DNA from: Raillietiella orientalis
Lineage: Eukaryota
Direction: 5' to 3'
Assembly: GCA_036172245.1 (NCBI GenBank)
Contig: JAYWIR010000002.1
Span: 4,278,001-4,342,000, forward strand
DNA length: 64,000 bases
The stretch's first letter is position 1, and each line of letters starts with the position of its first letter. Shown piece after piece: positions 25,186-37,700 of this stretch. A program made the translations under genes and the position numbers. The notes beneath the pieces were generated by a model that saw nothing but the letters and a program-made list of their open reading frames with translations, was not told where the DNA came from and did no database searches.

Positions 25186-26070
25186 GTTTTTTTTCTCTAC
25201 CCGTTTGGGTCGGGTCGTTTATTCTACAAAAGAACAAACTATTCGGGAACAGAGTTCCCAGACAAAGGGCAAGGAGGTTCGAGGAGAGGGCTCCCCGGCA
25301 CGCAGGTCGGTCACACAGAAAGTCCGGAACAGAAGGGAGGGAACTACAAATACATATACAAAAAAAATACAAAAAAAGATATGAGGAGGTTGGGATAGGA
25401 GTCTTTGGGTTCGGCCGTTCCTTCCTTTCAGAACCGGCGTTGGGTGCCGGGGATCTCCTTCCCCACTTCTTCCGTAAGATGAGGCCATCTGGCAGCCGTC
25501 CTCATGTTGACATCAGCAATCCTGGTGACCTCTCTAGGAACTGCCCGCGACTCCAACTGGCGGTGGACCGTGACGATGGCGTGGATGCAACAGATCGTTG
25601 CGATGACCGCAGCTAGCGAGAGGCTGTCACGCGTGAGGAAGCGGCGCATGACGTCACTGCGGTGTCCTCCTGGTGCACGAGCGCTGAAGGCAGCCTCCGC
25701 CACAGTCGTTGTAGGGCACCGCAGTCGAAGAGCAGGTGTGGGGCGACTCCACTGCTCCGTACCTTCTGCAGTTCGAGGAAACAACTCCCCTGAAAACCAG
25801 GTTCGAGAGCTGATTGCGATAGAAGCCCCAATGCATCAGCGGAAGCACGTCCTGTTTCCATTGAAGGGAGAACACAGAGGTGTCCACACACGAGGGAGGG
25901 ACCACAAGTTCTTCGAAGGGCACACTGAGCAGTTGGCTCCTCGGAGTCCCTTGGCGTAATGACGAGGAGTAGCGGCGTCCGCCATCTGGCTCGTCTTCCA
26001 GCCACCCATGGGTCGAGTTGTTCCCGCGATCGTACAGGCGACCTTCCACCTCACCAGTAGGCAATTGCCA
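25186..26070 (-). mobile_element. LINE 3' fragment with intact-looking 3' terminus
   Basis: WKQDVLPLMHWG...SSNCRRYGAVESPH (zf-RVT), TICCIHAIVT...RWPHL C-terminus, then T-rich 3'UTR, hairpin 25295-25310, AATAAA 25223-25218, hairpin and A tract. Confidence 0.65.
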
Positions 26071-26079
26071 TAACCCCTA

Positions 26080-26700
26080 GGGCACACAGCGCTGCGGAAA
26101 GGGGCAAGGGGGCGTGGCGGCCAGGCTATTCACTTGCCCTAGGCTTGGATCACATCTTCCACTGGACACAATAGGGAAAGGTACACGCAAAGAAGTTCGA
26201 TAAGCGGCACTTCCTGATGCCTTGCCCAGGACTTCAACGCCTCCTGCCTCCAGGCGTTTGAGTTCATTGGGCGGCAGGAGATCCACGGATGTGCTTCCAG
26301 AAGCGAGGCAAGATGCCTCAGTGGGAAGCGGAATCCTCTCATGGCGCACTGGGCATGCGGCAGCAACGAAAGCAGTCCTTCGCCGCCGGTGCAGCGTCGC
26401 AACAGCAGGCGCGAGGGCGCACACCACGGAGTCGTCCTTAACGGTGTTTTTTGTTTTGATCCTGGTCCACACGGAGAGAACTCGAAGATCCCTGCCCCAT
26501 CTTACCGGATTTAATTTATTTTTTTTCTTTTGTTGTTGTCCCCGCATCCCTCCCCCGTTCCGAACTTCTTGCCTGTCCCGGTCTGTGCTTCGGTGGACCC
26601 TCTTCTTGAATGTCGTTTGTCTTCGGTTGAGGACTGCGCTCCCGATTGGTTCGTCTTTTTTATAAAAGAAACGCCTCGGGAGTGACCGGGTGGAAAACTT
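26080..26700 (+). mobile_element. LINE 3' fragment
   Basis: T-rich 3'UTR, CCGGTCTGTGCTTCGG at 26578-26593 and terminal ataaaagaaacgcctcgggagtgaccgggtggaaaa, matching the family 3' end. Confidence 0.5.
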
Positions 26701-27491
26701 CCCATCCGTCTCCTGTCGCATGACAGACTTGTCGCGTGCGGTCGGCGAGCTGCGTGTAACCGTGCGTGCACGCGACCTGCTTCCCGGAGAGCCCGGGATG
26801 CAGGAGGCCATCGACCATCGGCCTTCCTCGACGAACACCTGCGCTGTCGGGTGGGCAGGGGAGGAAGAGAGGCGGTACTTCTCTCGGGACGTCCCAGGTT
26901 CGGGCTCGAGCTGCGGTCTCCGGGGAAGGGACCGCCCATCAGCGTGTGGAGGATGCCCAGAGGCCGCGAGCAACTTCTGAGGGGAATGAGCATTTCATGG
27001 CTTTGCTCTGTGGCTTCGCCATTCACAGACCTGAAGATTGGGGTCCTCTGAGGGTACTTTGGCAAGCGTCATCCTCCGGCCCTTTTTCCAGAGGATCCCG
27101 AAAGCGGTTGCGTGCGCAGCGACAGAGTCATCCTGCAGTCGCGCACCCTCCCACGACATAGGCCGAAAAGCAGACACTGGGCCGAACTCGAGGTCGGGTC
27201 CGAAAGCCAGGTCTGGAAGTCCCCGGGCGGGCTTGACTGCTGGACGATCGCGACCAAGAGCGCGCGGACCCTTCCAGTGTCCGGCGCTTTGTGAGCGACT
27301 TCCACACAACCTGCACGCGGAGGCACCAATGGAACGCGTCCTCTCTCAGCGCCCTCTGGAGAACCGCACCTTCGCCACTGGGGAGAGGGGAGCGGGTGCG
27401 CCTTGAGGAGCCATTCTTTCCCCCGCGGAGGAGCTCATCGCCGGCATCGGATCGCTCAAGAAGAGCTCGCCCGTTAGCAGCGAAGGAGAGC

Positions 27492-28203
27492 CATCCGGAT
27501 GGCAGCCGCCTTGACAAGGACGGCCCGCCTGGTCGCGGTCTCTCCGCGCGTTGCGGGTTCGAATCCCCACGTGGAAGAGCGATGGCGAGAACGGAGGGCG
27601 CGTCATGGGTTTCCAGTTCTCCCGCAAGATGACGCTGGTTGGCCTGTAGTCTTCGGGTACGGCAGAGGTGGAAGCCGTGTGCCTTCTCGATCGGCCGCGA
27701 TCGGAAGTTGACCCTCCGGGGGTCCTTTCAGGACATCAAGAAGCCCTTCGGGGCTCCCTTCCGTTTATGAAAATGGGGCCGTCTTCCCCTCGGGTGAGGG
27801 TATCCACCATCGCGTACCATGGAGCTGGTTGACAGCCTCATCTGGGAGCTGTCTCTCTGTAGTGTCGGAAACTCCCTTTAGAGTTCTCTTCAGAGGAGGA
27901 AACAGGGAGCAGTTCGCTTGTGAGTTCCCTCCGGAGATGAAACAAGAAGAGGCCTTCTCTCCGGGGGATCTTCTCAGAAAGAATAAGGGAGAGGTTCCTC
28001 TGAAAAGCGTGAGAGCAACGGACTACGTCCTCCAGAACCATTCCTGGATGCATAAGGTGGTCCCTACGAGTCATTCCCTATAACCTGAGGAGTTGCACGC
28101 ACCCCCGGATGGGGAGAACAGCTCCAAGAAGCTTTTTGAGCGTTCCTTCAAGGATGCGAACGGTTCTTCAACATTTGTCGAACCAATAAAAAAGAAAAAG
28201 CTG
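27492..28203 (+). mobile_element. Long tRNA-headed SINE-like element, best-preserved copy
   Basis: tRNA-like head with B-box GGTTCGAATCC at 27556-27566, family body blocks, and a 3' gaacggttcttca...tcgaaccaataaaaaag tail. Candidate 10-bp target-site duplication GAAGGAGAGC at 27482-27491 and 28204-28213. Confidence 0.75.
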
Positions 28204-28219
28204 GAAGGAGAGCAGCAAA

Positions 28220-29260
28220 ACGGAAGAACCCCAAAGGGTTTCCGTCATGTCTTCTCATGGGGGCAAGCGAGGAGGGGCACACTTGCCTGTAGCGAGACCT
28301 CAACGTTCTCATGTCGTTGGAGGAGATCGTCCGCAGTTCATAGAAGATGAGGTGCTCCTCGTCCACCCCCCTTGCCCCAGATCTGCTCCTACTAAGGGAC
28401 GCAAGGGACAACGCAATCCCGGCAAGGTGGGAAGTGACTTGCTGCATAGCAGCAAAGAGGAGACTTCTGGGGCGTGGACAACTCGGGAAGTGACGGACGC
28501 TGCAACCCGGGGTGTCCCACCCCACGAACTTGTTCTCTGGGAAGAGCTGCTCGGCATCCCTCCGGAGGAGGTGAAATGCCTCCAGCATGCTGGAACAGCG
28601 GCGTCCCCCCCTTCAAGTGGCAAGAATCGGCATCGCTAGTGTTGCATGGGGGAATCCCGTGCGAAGCGCGCCTCCACCACTGGACACGGCAAGGGAGAGC
28701 GTGGACTCTCAGTGTGACAGATCCGAAAAAAAGGAGACCCTCCCGTACCTGCTGTTGGACTGTTGCACCCTTCGACAGCATTGGGATCGCCTCGTGACGA
28801 TCCTAGGGATCCCGGCAGGCGGTTCCAGGGGTATTTTCAGACGCCTCTTTGTGCGCAGTGTCGCACTGCCGCCGACAGCAGCGTCCCTCGCAGTCCTCTG
28901 CTTTGTTCGCGGCACCACGGCGGCCTGAAGCTCCAGCAGAAGAAGTCCGAAACGGCAGGGACACCATTCACTGGGTGCACGGATCTTCCTGAATAGGATG
29001 AGGAGGACGTCGAACAGCGGACTGTGATCTCTTCATCGGTCCCTTTCCGCTCACCATGTACAATTTCCCCTCCCCTGTCTTGATTCTTTGTTTGTTTTGT
29101 TTTTGTTTTCCACTCTCCCGAGCTGCCAAAGCTGACCACGCCGGTCTGAGTGCCGGTCTTCAGTAGGCCCATTGCGCGTGGTTGAACCGACGGTCTTACC
29201 ACACCAATGTATTTTTATTGCTTTATGTAATAAAAATGTCCAGCACAACCGGATAATAAT
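28220..29260 (+). mobile_element. LINE (L1/Tx1-like) 3' fragment
   Basis: WEELLGIPP...KWQESASLVLHGGIPCEARLHHW...QCDRSEKKETLPYLLLDC (zf-RVT), 3'UTR hairpin CCGGTCTGAGTGCCGG 29141-29156, AATAAA 29229-29234. Confidence 0.7.
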
Positions 29261-29269
29261 CATTCCAGA

Positions 29270-30112
29270 TCGGAGCAGACTTGCCGGGCTGGAGTGTGGA
29301 GTCGAACCTGTTCCTCGATCGGACCTGCCGCGGTGGTACAAAAGAGAGTCACAGAGGAGTCCCGTAGGAAAAAGAATCGTTCCCGGAAGGCCTCGGGGAA
29401 TAAGATTCGCAGGCGGGCTGAGGAACCAGGCATTCGCGGCTCCTGTTGAAAGAGCACGTGATGGCGGCGAGCCGGCGATCGATTCGGAACAGTTGGTGTC
29501 GGCTTGACCCACGCGACCTTCTACGTTGGCCACCCATAGCATGTGCAGGGAACGGGAATCCCTCCCGCACCTGATTCTTGACTGTGTTGTCCTCCTGCCC
29601 CTTTAGGGACGTTTCGGGACGACCCTCGAGATCCCGGTTGGCAACCCTCCTAGAGACGTTTTTCGGCTCCTCTTCGTGCGGGACGCCCTGCAGCCAGCCG
29701 CAGCCGTAGCAGCGCTCAGCTGCATCCGCGGTATTGTGGCGTCCTGGAGTGGATCCGACGAAGTAGAAGATGCAAACGATAGGGACGTCATCGAGTATGC
29801 AGCTCGCTTCCTGCGAATAGCAACCCGATGGCCCCACCTGGGAAACAGGCAGAAGGACCTCGTTGGCATCCTGCAAAGGATGGACCCTCCACCAAGCGGA
29901 CAGTGATCCCTTCCCGACCTTCCAGAGAATTTTTTTTTTTTTTTTTATTTTTTTTTTTGTTTTCTCCCCATCCCCCTCCACTGCCGTAGAGAGTCAAGTC
30001 GGTCTGCGCACCGACGACCCGGCAGGTCCCTTGTTGTCTTGACCGCAGCGGGGCCTTATACTGCAATTGTTGTCTGTTTACAATAAACGCCCCGGCGTGA
30101 CCGGGTGACAAC
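29270..30112 (+). mobile_element. LINE (L1/Tx1-like) 3' fragment, tandem to the previous copy
   Basis: MCRERESLPHLILDC zinc knuckle, LSCIRGIVASW...ATRWPHLG C-terminus, poly-T 3'UTR, hairpin 29999-30014, AATAAA 30082-30087 plus terminal hairpin. Confidence 0.7.
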
Positions 30113-30199
30113 GTTGGGCCGAACACCCCGCATCGCGCCCTCGCAGCCGGCTTCGGCAGGCGGACAGACTTGGAGAGTAGGTTGTCCTTGCTTTCTGGA

Positions 30200-33100
30200 G
30201 GCCTCCCTGCAGCTGTTCCTTTCCTCTCCCCACAGCAGCCTTCTGCCTTTATAAAGAAAAAAAAGAGAACTCGAGTTCCATTCCCGCCTGAGTTGCCTGC
30301 GTTCGAATGGGGACCAGTTGCCTGAGGGTCTGCACCGGCCTCCTCCTTCTCCTCTTCCCTTCCTCGGCGTGTTTTTGGCACCTCCTTGCGTCTATCAACG
30401 CACTCCGCGTGTATTCTATTCCTGGATCTCCATGGGATGAAGGAATCAGCTGGACTGCAGGGGAGCGGGATATTTCCCGGGCCGTCTGCTCCAACCGCCG
30501 GCAGGCGAACGAGTTCCCGAAGAGAGTTTCCATGGAGGTCCGTCCCAGCAGAGATGGCCACGCTGTAAGTTGCCGGCGGCCACCGACCACCAAACCTCAA
30601 GGCTACCCGGCTTCCGATCGCGTCTGGCCCGCGTTTATCGCTCTCTAGCCGTCTCCATTAACGCTCGTCCGAGGTCCGAGTGGAAACCTCTCGATAGTCT
30701 GGTTAGACCTTGGCGACAGGAGCTCTCGACCCGGAAGGCCTTCCCAGCTCGAAAGCGAGGCCACAACGATAAGCACGTTTTGAGCGCGCAGATAACCGCT
30801 CGACCTTCTCCTCCCATGGAGGCGAACGGGTCGTCGTAGTGCGCGGGGGGGCTTTTCTTCACCGGCTTCGATCGGTTCTCTCTAGTCCAGAACTTCTTTA
30901 GGGAGATCTCACTTAGTGGAGCTGCTGGATTATTAAGCGGAACCATCCAGCGTTTGGACGTGTCTGAGCACATTACTGCTACCACGTTTCGCTCCAGCAG
31001 CGGACGGTACCCGCGCTGCAGGGCACACTGACCGATGTGTGCCCCCGAGCTTCGGCTGTCGAAAAACCCTCTTCCTCGCAAACGATGGAGGGAGTGTCTC
31101 CTTGGCATCCCCGGAACGCGCAGCCTGATTGAACCATGAAGCTCCCACCCGGAGGACTTTCTGTTTCCGGGTCACGTCTTTGGGTCGACTGACCGCGTGT
31201 CTCAGCGCCGCGGCAGATGTGATGAAGGGATCTGCCCATCAACCACGAGCCGATTCCGATGGTCACGCACGTGGATGGGGACGAGGGTTCGCAGGTGCTC
31301 TCCCTCAAACTGCCCTTTCTGGGTGTAGGGACTCAGCATGAGCACGAGATGGCGCTCCTGGACGTTTTTCTTCCAGACTTTTTTTTTTTCTCTCTTTTGG
31401 GTTTTCGTTTTTCTAGTTGGTCGAGTACTGAAGAACCGTTCTCGCCTGGGGGGCTCACGAAGCTCTTTGACGCCGTCCACGCCACCCCCGAGGGTGCGTG
31501 TAACCGCTCAAGTCATAGAGGGTGCACCGGTAGGGGACCATCCTATGGATCCAGGAAGGGTTCTGGAGTAAAGAGTCCTCTCACGCTTGGGAGGGAAGGA
31601 ACCTTGAAGGAAACCACCTCTTCCTCATTCTCTCCGGTGGGACTTCCCGGTTTGTGGGGCCGCTCCTCACTTCAAAGGATCCGCTCCTGGAATTTTCGTC
31701 ACCGGAGAGGAATCCCGAGGGAACTGATCTCCGTTACTCCCCTGAAAGATGAATCCCGAAGGAACGTTTCCCGATTTCTAGGAAAAGTCGCACCCCCAAA
31801 GGAGAGGTTCGCTTCGCTTCAGGCTCTGGAGAGGTATCGATTCGCCAGCTCCATGGTACTCGATGGAGGGTCACTCCCTCGGGAATAGGGGGGAAGGTTC
31901 CCTTTTCACAACCGGAGGGGAATCCCGAAGGGTTCCTTGATGTCCTGTAAGGACCTCGGAGGGTCAACTTCCGATCCCATCTGGTCGAGAAGGCATCCAT
32001 CTTCCACAGCTGCCGTACCCGAAGGCTACAGGTCAACCATCGTCATCTTGTGGGATAACTTGAAACTCCCATGGCGCAGCTCCCCATTCTGGGTGCCGTT
32101 CCTCAACGTGAGCATTCGAACCCGGAACTGATGGCACCGCGCGCGGAGACCGCGGTCACATGGCTGCTCAGAGCAGGCACAATGGTTCGAGAAGAGTAAG
32201 AGTGGCGACTCCCCTCTTTCGATGTCCACTTGCAGAGGCTGGGCATCGGAAGAAGAAGAGAAGAATCAGAAGATCGATTTTATCAGAGAGCACGGCAGAC
32301 GAAAATCTGTCCTCGCGACCCGAAACGAGCGCTACGGTTCCAGGTCGCGCTGGAATATGGACCGGATATTTGAGGCCCCCTCAACGGTTGTTTACTGGTT
32401 TCGGCTTTTCTTGCCGGTAATGCCGACGTCACTGGATGGCAGCAAAGCACAGGCACTCCCACAGCATGGCCTGCGCAATCGAGGGCCAAAATAGCATCGT
32501 GTACCGGATCCTCTATTTGCATGGGGACATTTCCTGAAGCAGCGCCAAGGGTACCTGAATCACTCCAGGAGCGCGGCAGCTGAGCCACTGACATGCTCCT
32601 CCTGTGCTCTGTCGGCTTCCAATACTTCTTGCCTGTCGGCTGCAGCTCCAGTCATTGAAGGGAGACTGCAGAAACGAAATCCTGCGCGTGCGTCTCCTTT
32701 TCTCACGCACGGACTGTGACACAAAGCAAAGTGGGGAGGGTCCTTCCGCGCGACTCGCAGACACTGCAAATTCCGAATGTCCGAAAAAGAGCAGTCGGTC
32801 CCTTGCTTGTGGTTCGTAGGTCGGGAAGCGCCCTCCCGTCTTGCCATCCCCCCAATCAGGTAGAAGGACGCTCCGAAACCTGGAGCTCGGAAAGTGGTGC
32901 TCATCAACGGCAGCAAGTCCAGGCCGAACCTGTCGGTATCGCGCGTTCTCACCTACCGGACGATCTTCAACAGCGCTGCAGTCGAAGTCCGAAATTACCT
33001 CAGGAGATCTCAGCTGAACGGAAGAGGAACCTTCCTGGAAGTCTGCGAGCACAACGAATGATGCGGAGTCGAGCACGTCCTTTGTCTCTTCCGTTCTGGA

Positions 33101-34500
33101 GGTCTGCCTGAGTCCCGGTGCCCAGCGTCCTCAAACGAGTACAAGGCGTACCCCCTCCGATTCAATCATCTCCTGCGTGGTAGCCAGACCCTGGTTGCAT
33201 GCAACAGCCATGCGGCTTCCGTAAGGATCCATAAGGATGTCGAGTCCTTCCCTTGAACCGCCAGAGCCTTGGACCTCGATTGCACTCAGCCTCAGGATGG
33301 AACGACGAGCAAAGAGGTCGACTGCTCATAAAGATTCACCGCGAGACAAAGCCGACGAAAGGTGACCCTCCGGGGTGCCTGGATCGCAGCCCAGTAAAAA
33401 CGCCTCTGAGCAGCCCACCGTGTTCTTTGCTGTGTGGTTTCGGAACGGGCAGCGAACCGTTCGCTTTCAGCCGGAGGCGGAGCAGGGGTAAACGCAGGGG
33501 TGCGCGTTCGACACGTTTTCCCCGCTTCGGTTCCTCCGAACGGGACGAGGAAAGAGGAGGGGGCGGCGGAGCACTCTTGGATGCGACCGTGTTCAGCGAG
33601 CTAGGATTTTTGGACTCCAAGTCAGGCCAGAGTTCCAAGTTCATCTTTGCTTGAAGAGCCAGAATCCTCCCAAGCCCTCACGTTCCCGCTGTTGCACTTT
33701 GTCCACTGTCAACCACTCCTCACTAAATCCACGGAGGGATGGCAGAAAGCGAGTGGAATTCCTTTTCATCGGCGCCGCCTTTCCGTCGGCAGATTGTCTC
33801 CATCTGCCTCAAGAGACACGCTCTCAGGACCTCTCTACCTTCCGCACACCCAGCGATCCGCATTGGTCCAGCCTTTCAAATCTGTCGAGGGCGATCGTTC
33901 GTCCGAAAGAATGACGGGAAAGGGTATCTTCTTCCTCCAGGAAAGCGGCTCCTGGCCTCATCAACGCCAGTTCTCCTCCGATAATCCCGAAACGAATGTG
34001 CTCGCGCGTGTGTCTTTGCTCCGTTACGAAACCTTGGAAATTCCTCTTGGAAAAGATACTCCACCTAATGCGCAAATCCACGATACCGGAAAGATAACAC
34101 ATGGTTTCGGGTAACAAGTGGAAATACTTCAAGTCTGGAACTTTGCCTGCCGTTTGAAGTACCACACCCCGGAATACCGGAAAAGTCCAGAGGGAAGAAT
34201 CGACCGGCAAAGAAGGCATCCCCTTGGCAGCCAAGGCTCGTGGAGGGCTCGGGGCAGAGAGGACCAACGTTATCAGCTTCTGGCTGTATAGGATTCCCGG
34301 AAATCTCCTCACGAGATGGTAGCATCCGGAGCTTTTGCGCGACGTTCACAACAGAAACCTGCCACTAGACGATTTCTCTCCACCTTTTCCCCTTCTTTGC
34401 AGAAGACCGGGAGCTCCGCTCATTAATTCCGAAAATGCTTGCAGCCAACGTCGGGACAGCGCGACCGTGTCCAGGCTTTCCATGCAGATCGCCGGTTGCC
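30200..34500 (-). mobile_element. Long degenerate L1/Tx1-like LINE (possible ORF1 remnant, EN and RT), interrupted by a SINE
   Basis: In 5'-3' order: possible ORF1 debris (34.5-33.4 kb), EN motifs LSAIEVQG, VISDFDC (GDFNC), ARDRLLF, then RT motifs RGCQGDTPS (GxRQGDPLS), VMCSD (YADD position) and thumb-region EISRSPAVQLIPSSHGDPGI. Confidence 0.65.
31378..32170 (-). mobile_element. Long tRNA-headed SINE-like element nested in the LINE
   Basis: Minus-strand B-box GGTTCGAATGC 32122-32112, family body blocks, the same gaacggttcttca...tcgaccaa 3' end, and an A-rich tail (T tract at ~31379-31389). Confidence 0.75.
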
Positions 34501-34711
34501 GTCGCGTACTTTCTTTCCATAAGATCGCATTAATTCTGGAAAATCCATTTCCAGCTGCTTTCTATCATGAAATGATGGTGCTGATAAGGTGTGATCAGTC
34601 CCTTCCAATTACTTATCGAAGCCAACAAGATAAAATGACGGCCAAGGAAGAAGGAAAGTCATTCGCCACAGAAATTTGGTTCTGGTGAAACGCTCTTTGC
34701 CTCCGGTTGCC

Positions 34712-37700
34712 ATGGAAGAAGCGGAATTCCGGAGAGCGGCATATCAGCTGATTGAGTACATTATCGACTACTTTGAAACCCTGAGGTCCAGGAGAGTGTT
34801 ACCGGAAGTGAAACCGGGATTCCTGGAAGCGAGGATCCCGGCAGATGCCCCTGAGGATGGAGAAGAATGGAAAAACATCTTTCCGGACGTGGAGAACGTC
34901 ATCATGCCAGGGGTAAGTGCGTTTCCCAGCCTGTACAAAAAACAGATGCCGAGGTGCATCTCCGGCGGGCTTGTCGTTTGGCGCTCGTCGGTGCAGAAGC
35001 GGGCATTTCCGGTTCCTGCTGGTCCAACTGAATCGCAACAGATCTTTTTTCCTTCTTTCCCCAAGAAAATGGGAGGAAAAAAAAAAACGGTCGCAAGAGG
35101 AACAGAGCATCAGATGCTGGCTGCGAAATTAGAAAAGGGAAGGGAAGAGGTAGAGAGAAAATGCATTCGATCCGTGACCTCCAGCAACCTCCGGTCGAGT
35201 GCCGTTTGCTCCTACGCTCGCGCACCTCGGTCTCGAATTCTGCTCACGCGCCCCAGTGTTGCCATCCGTTCCGCGTGTACGACACGCCGTCTGGTTTCAT
35301 CCCTATCCATGGAGCGGGAAGCAGACCCACTCTCCCCCGCATGAGAGGTCCAGCTCCCGCGTGCTCCTCATCTCTTTTTTTTTTTTTGTTTTTTTAGGTC
35401 ACGCACTGGAATTCGCCATATTTCTTCGCGTATTTTCCATCGGGTTCCTCGTATCCCGCGATCTTAGGAGAGCTCCTGTCTGCGGCGATTGGCTGTATCG
35501 GATTCTCGTGGGTAAACAGCCGCAGGCGGCTTGACCTCCAGTTTTTGACTGCTTTCCAAGATCGCGAGCCCTGCGTGCACCGAGCTCGAAATGAAGATGA
35601 TGGATTGGCTGGGGAGAGCCCTTGGACTGCCCTCCGAATTTCTTTTCGGAACCAATGGGAAGGGAGGAGGAATGATACAGGTGGGGCTGTCTCAGGTCGG
35701 CGAAGTCGCGAGATCACTCCAACCTATCTTCAAGGGCACCGCGAGCGAAGCCACGCTCGTCTCCTTGCTGGCTGCCAAGGCACGCAGCAGGCGCGCCGTC
35801 CAGAGCACGGACTCCAACCGAACCGCGGCCAGTGGACCACGAACGCTGTGCGCCTACACATCCAGTTGAGTGCGCCACATTTTCAGATGGAGCGCACTGC
35901 GCGCGTCCGCTAGCAACGGACCCAAGAACCTCCCTGCCGTCCGTTCTGCCGTCAGCGAATAACGAGAGTTGGGTCTTCTAGATCAGGCGCACTCGTCTGT
36001 GGAGAAGGCAGCCATGATCGGCGACGTGAAGATGAGAGCGCTGGAACCGGACGACAAGCTCTCTCTGAGAGGCGACACACTGGAGCAGGCCATAAAGAAC
36101 GACCTCCTTGAGGGGAACACCCCGTTTTACGTATGCGGCAGATATCATTGAAACAGAGCCACCCCCTGTCGTGCAGGTAGTGGCCACCCTTGGCACGACG
36201 AACACGTGTGCCTTCGATAATCTCTGGGAAATCGGGAACGTGTGTCGGAAATACGAGATCTGGCTGCACGTGGACGCGGCGTATGCCGGTAGGTAACGAC
36301 GGAGGAGAGAGAGGCACGCACGCGCGACGGTTTTCAAGGCACGGCATTCTTCTGCGAGGAGTACCGTCACTTGGCACGCGGGATCGATCTCGCAGATTCC
36401 TTCAACTTCAATCCTCACAAGCTGATGCCGGTGAACTTCGATTGCTCCGCCCTCTGGTAACCGCCCACACAGGGTGCGACTCACTGCCCAGTTTTCATAA
36501 CAGGTTCAAAGATTCCAGCTACATCGCCTCGGCCTTTTACGTCGATCCCGAGTACTTGAAACACAGGGAGCAAGGGAGAGCGCTGGACTACAGGGTAGGT
36601 GGATAACCTCCGTCTGGATCGACACGACCTCTCACTCTCCCTCCGTCTCGCCTGCAGCACTGGCAGATACCTCTGGGAAGCCGGTTCCGGGCGCTGAAGC
36701 TGTGGTTTGTCCTGAGGTCTTACGGGAAGAGGGGCATCCGTGAACACGTCCGCAAGCACGCGACTCTGGCCAAAAGGTTCGAGGACCTGGTGCGGGAGGA
36801 CTTCCGCTTCGAAGTCTCGTTCCCTGTGAATTTGGGACTGGTGTGCTTCAGACTCAAGGTTAGAAAAGGCGCAGCATCCGAAACCTGTTCCTCGACCGCA
36901 AGAGCTTCCGGGCCTGAAACGAACTTCGAAAGGACTCCCTCAGGATAGATGCGGGTCCGGGGAACCGAGACCTTCGTGGACTCTCGTTCCCGTCTCTCTG
37001 GCAACGCTAGTGCTCCTAGGAGTCCTGCGTGCTCGCCGCCGAGGGGCGATTCGAGTTCCGAGCGGCGCGGGATCGTCGGAGAGGAACTTTTGGGAAATCG
37101 CTTGGGAGGTTCAGGAGACGCGGGACAAAACTGGCGACTATCCCTCTATGCTGGCAGCCGCTCAGGTGACGTGGCCGGCGTCCCCCAGCAAGCGATACGG
37201 CTCTCGACGCGGTGGGCTGCTCGCCTCCGGAATAGCTGAATTCCGGCTTGGATACCTCAAAAATTCTTTGCCAAGCACCCTCGAGTCAGGTGTCAAAAGT
37301 GCGGCTCCGTGAATCCTTCCACCCACAGCCCCTCGTGACCTCCTCTCTTGCGTTTAGGTGAATTGCAATCTCTTGGCAGCGGCGGCACGGTTTTAGGACG
37401 CCACGCAGCCCTCACCTCTTTCCCACCTCCCTGCAGGCGTCTTTTGGGATGTTGGCGCCAAGTGCCTCCATTCTCGACATCAGCGGCTCCCTCAGCTCGT
37501 TTGACCCGCAGAAAGAATTCATTCTTCGCACCGAATATGCCTGTTCCAATCATACGAATAACAACCCTCACCTACGAATAACAACATCTAAGACACCTTC
37601 ATTCCTCCCGTTGTTCACTCTGACCATCGAACCTCTTCCAAAACTGTCTCACCCTTTTTTCCCCTACAAGGAGGGGAACGCAGTCAACGAGAAGCTGCTC

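Noticed and set aside
27492-27580. Functional tRNA gene at the GGTTCGAATCC motifs
   Set aside because: No complete cloverleaf or acceptor stem, and each motif is followed by the same repeat body, so these are SINE heads.
22000-34500. Endogenous DNA virus or Polinton-like region suggested by dense intronless ORFs
   Set aside because: No capsid, ATPase, pPolB or integrase motifs seen; the recurring motifs fit LINE EN, RT and zinc-knuckle domains.
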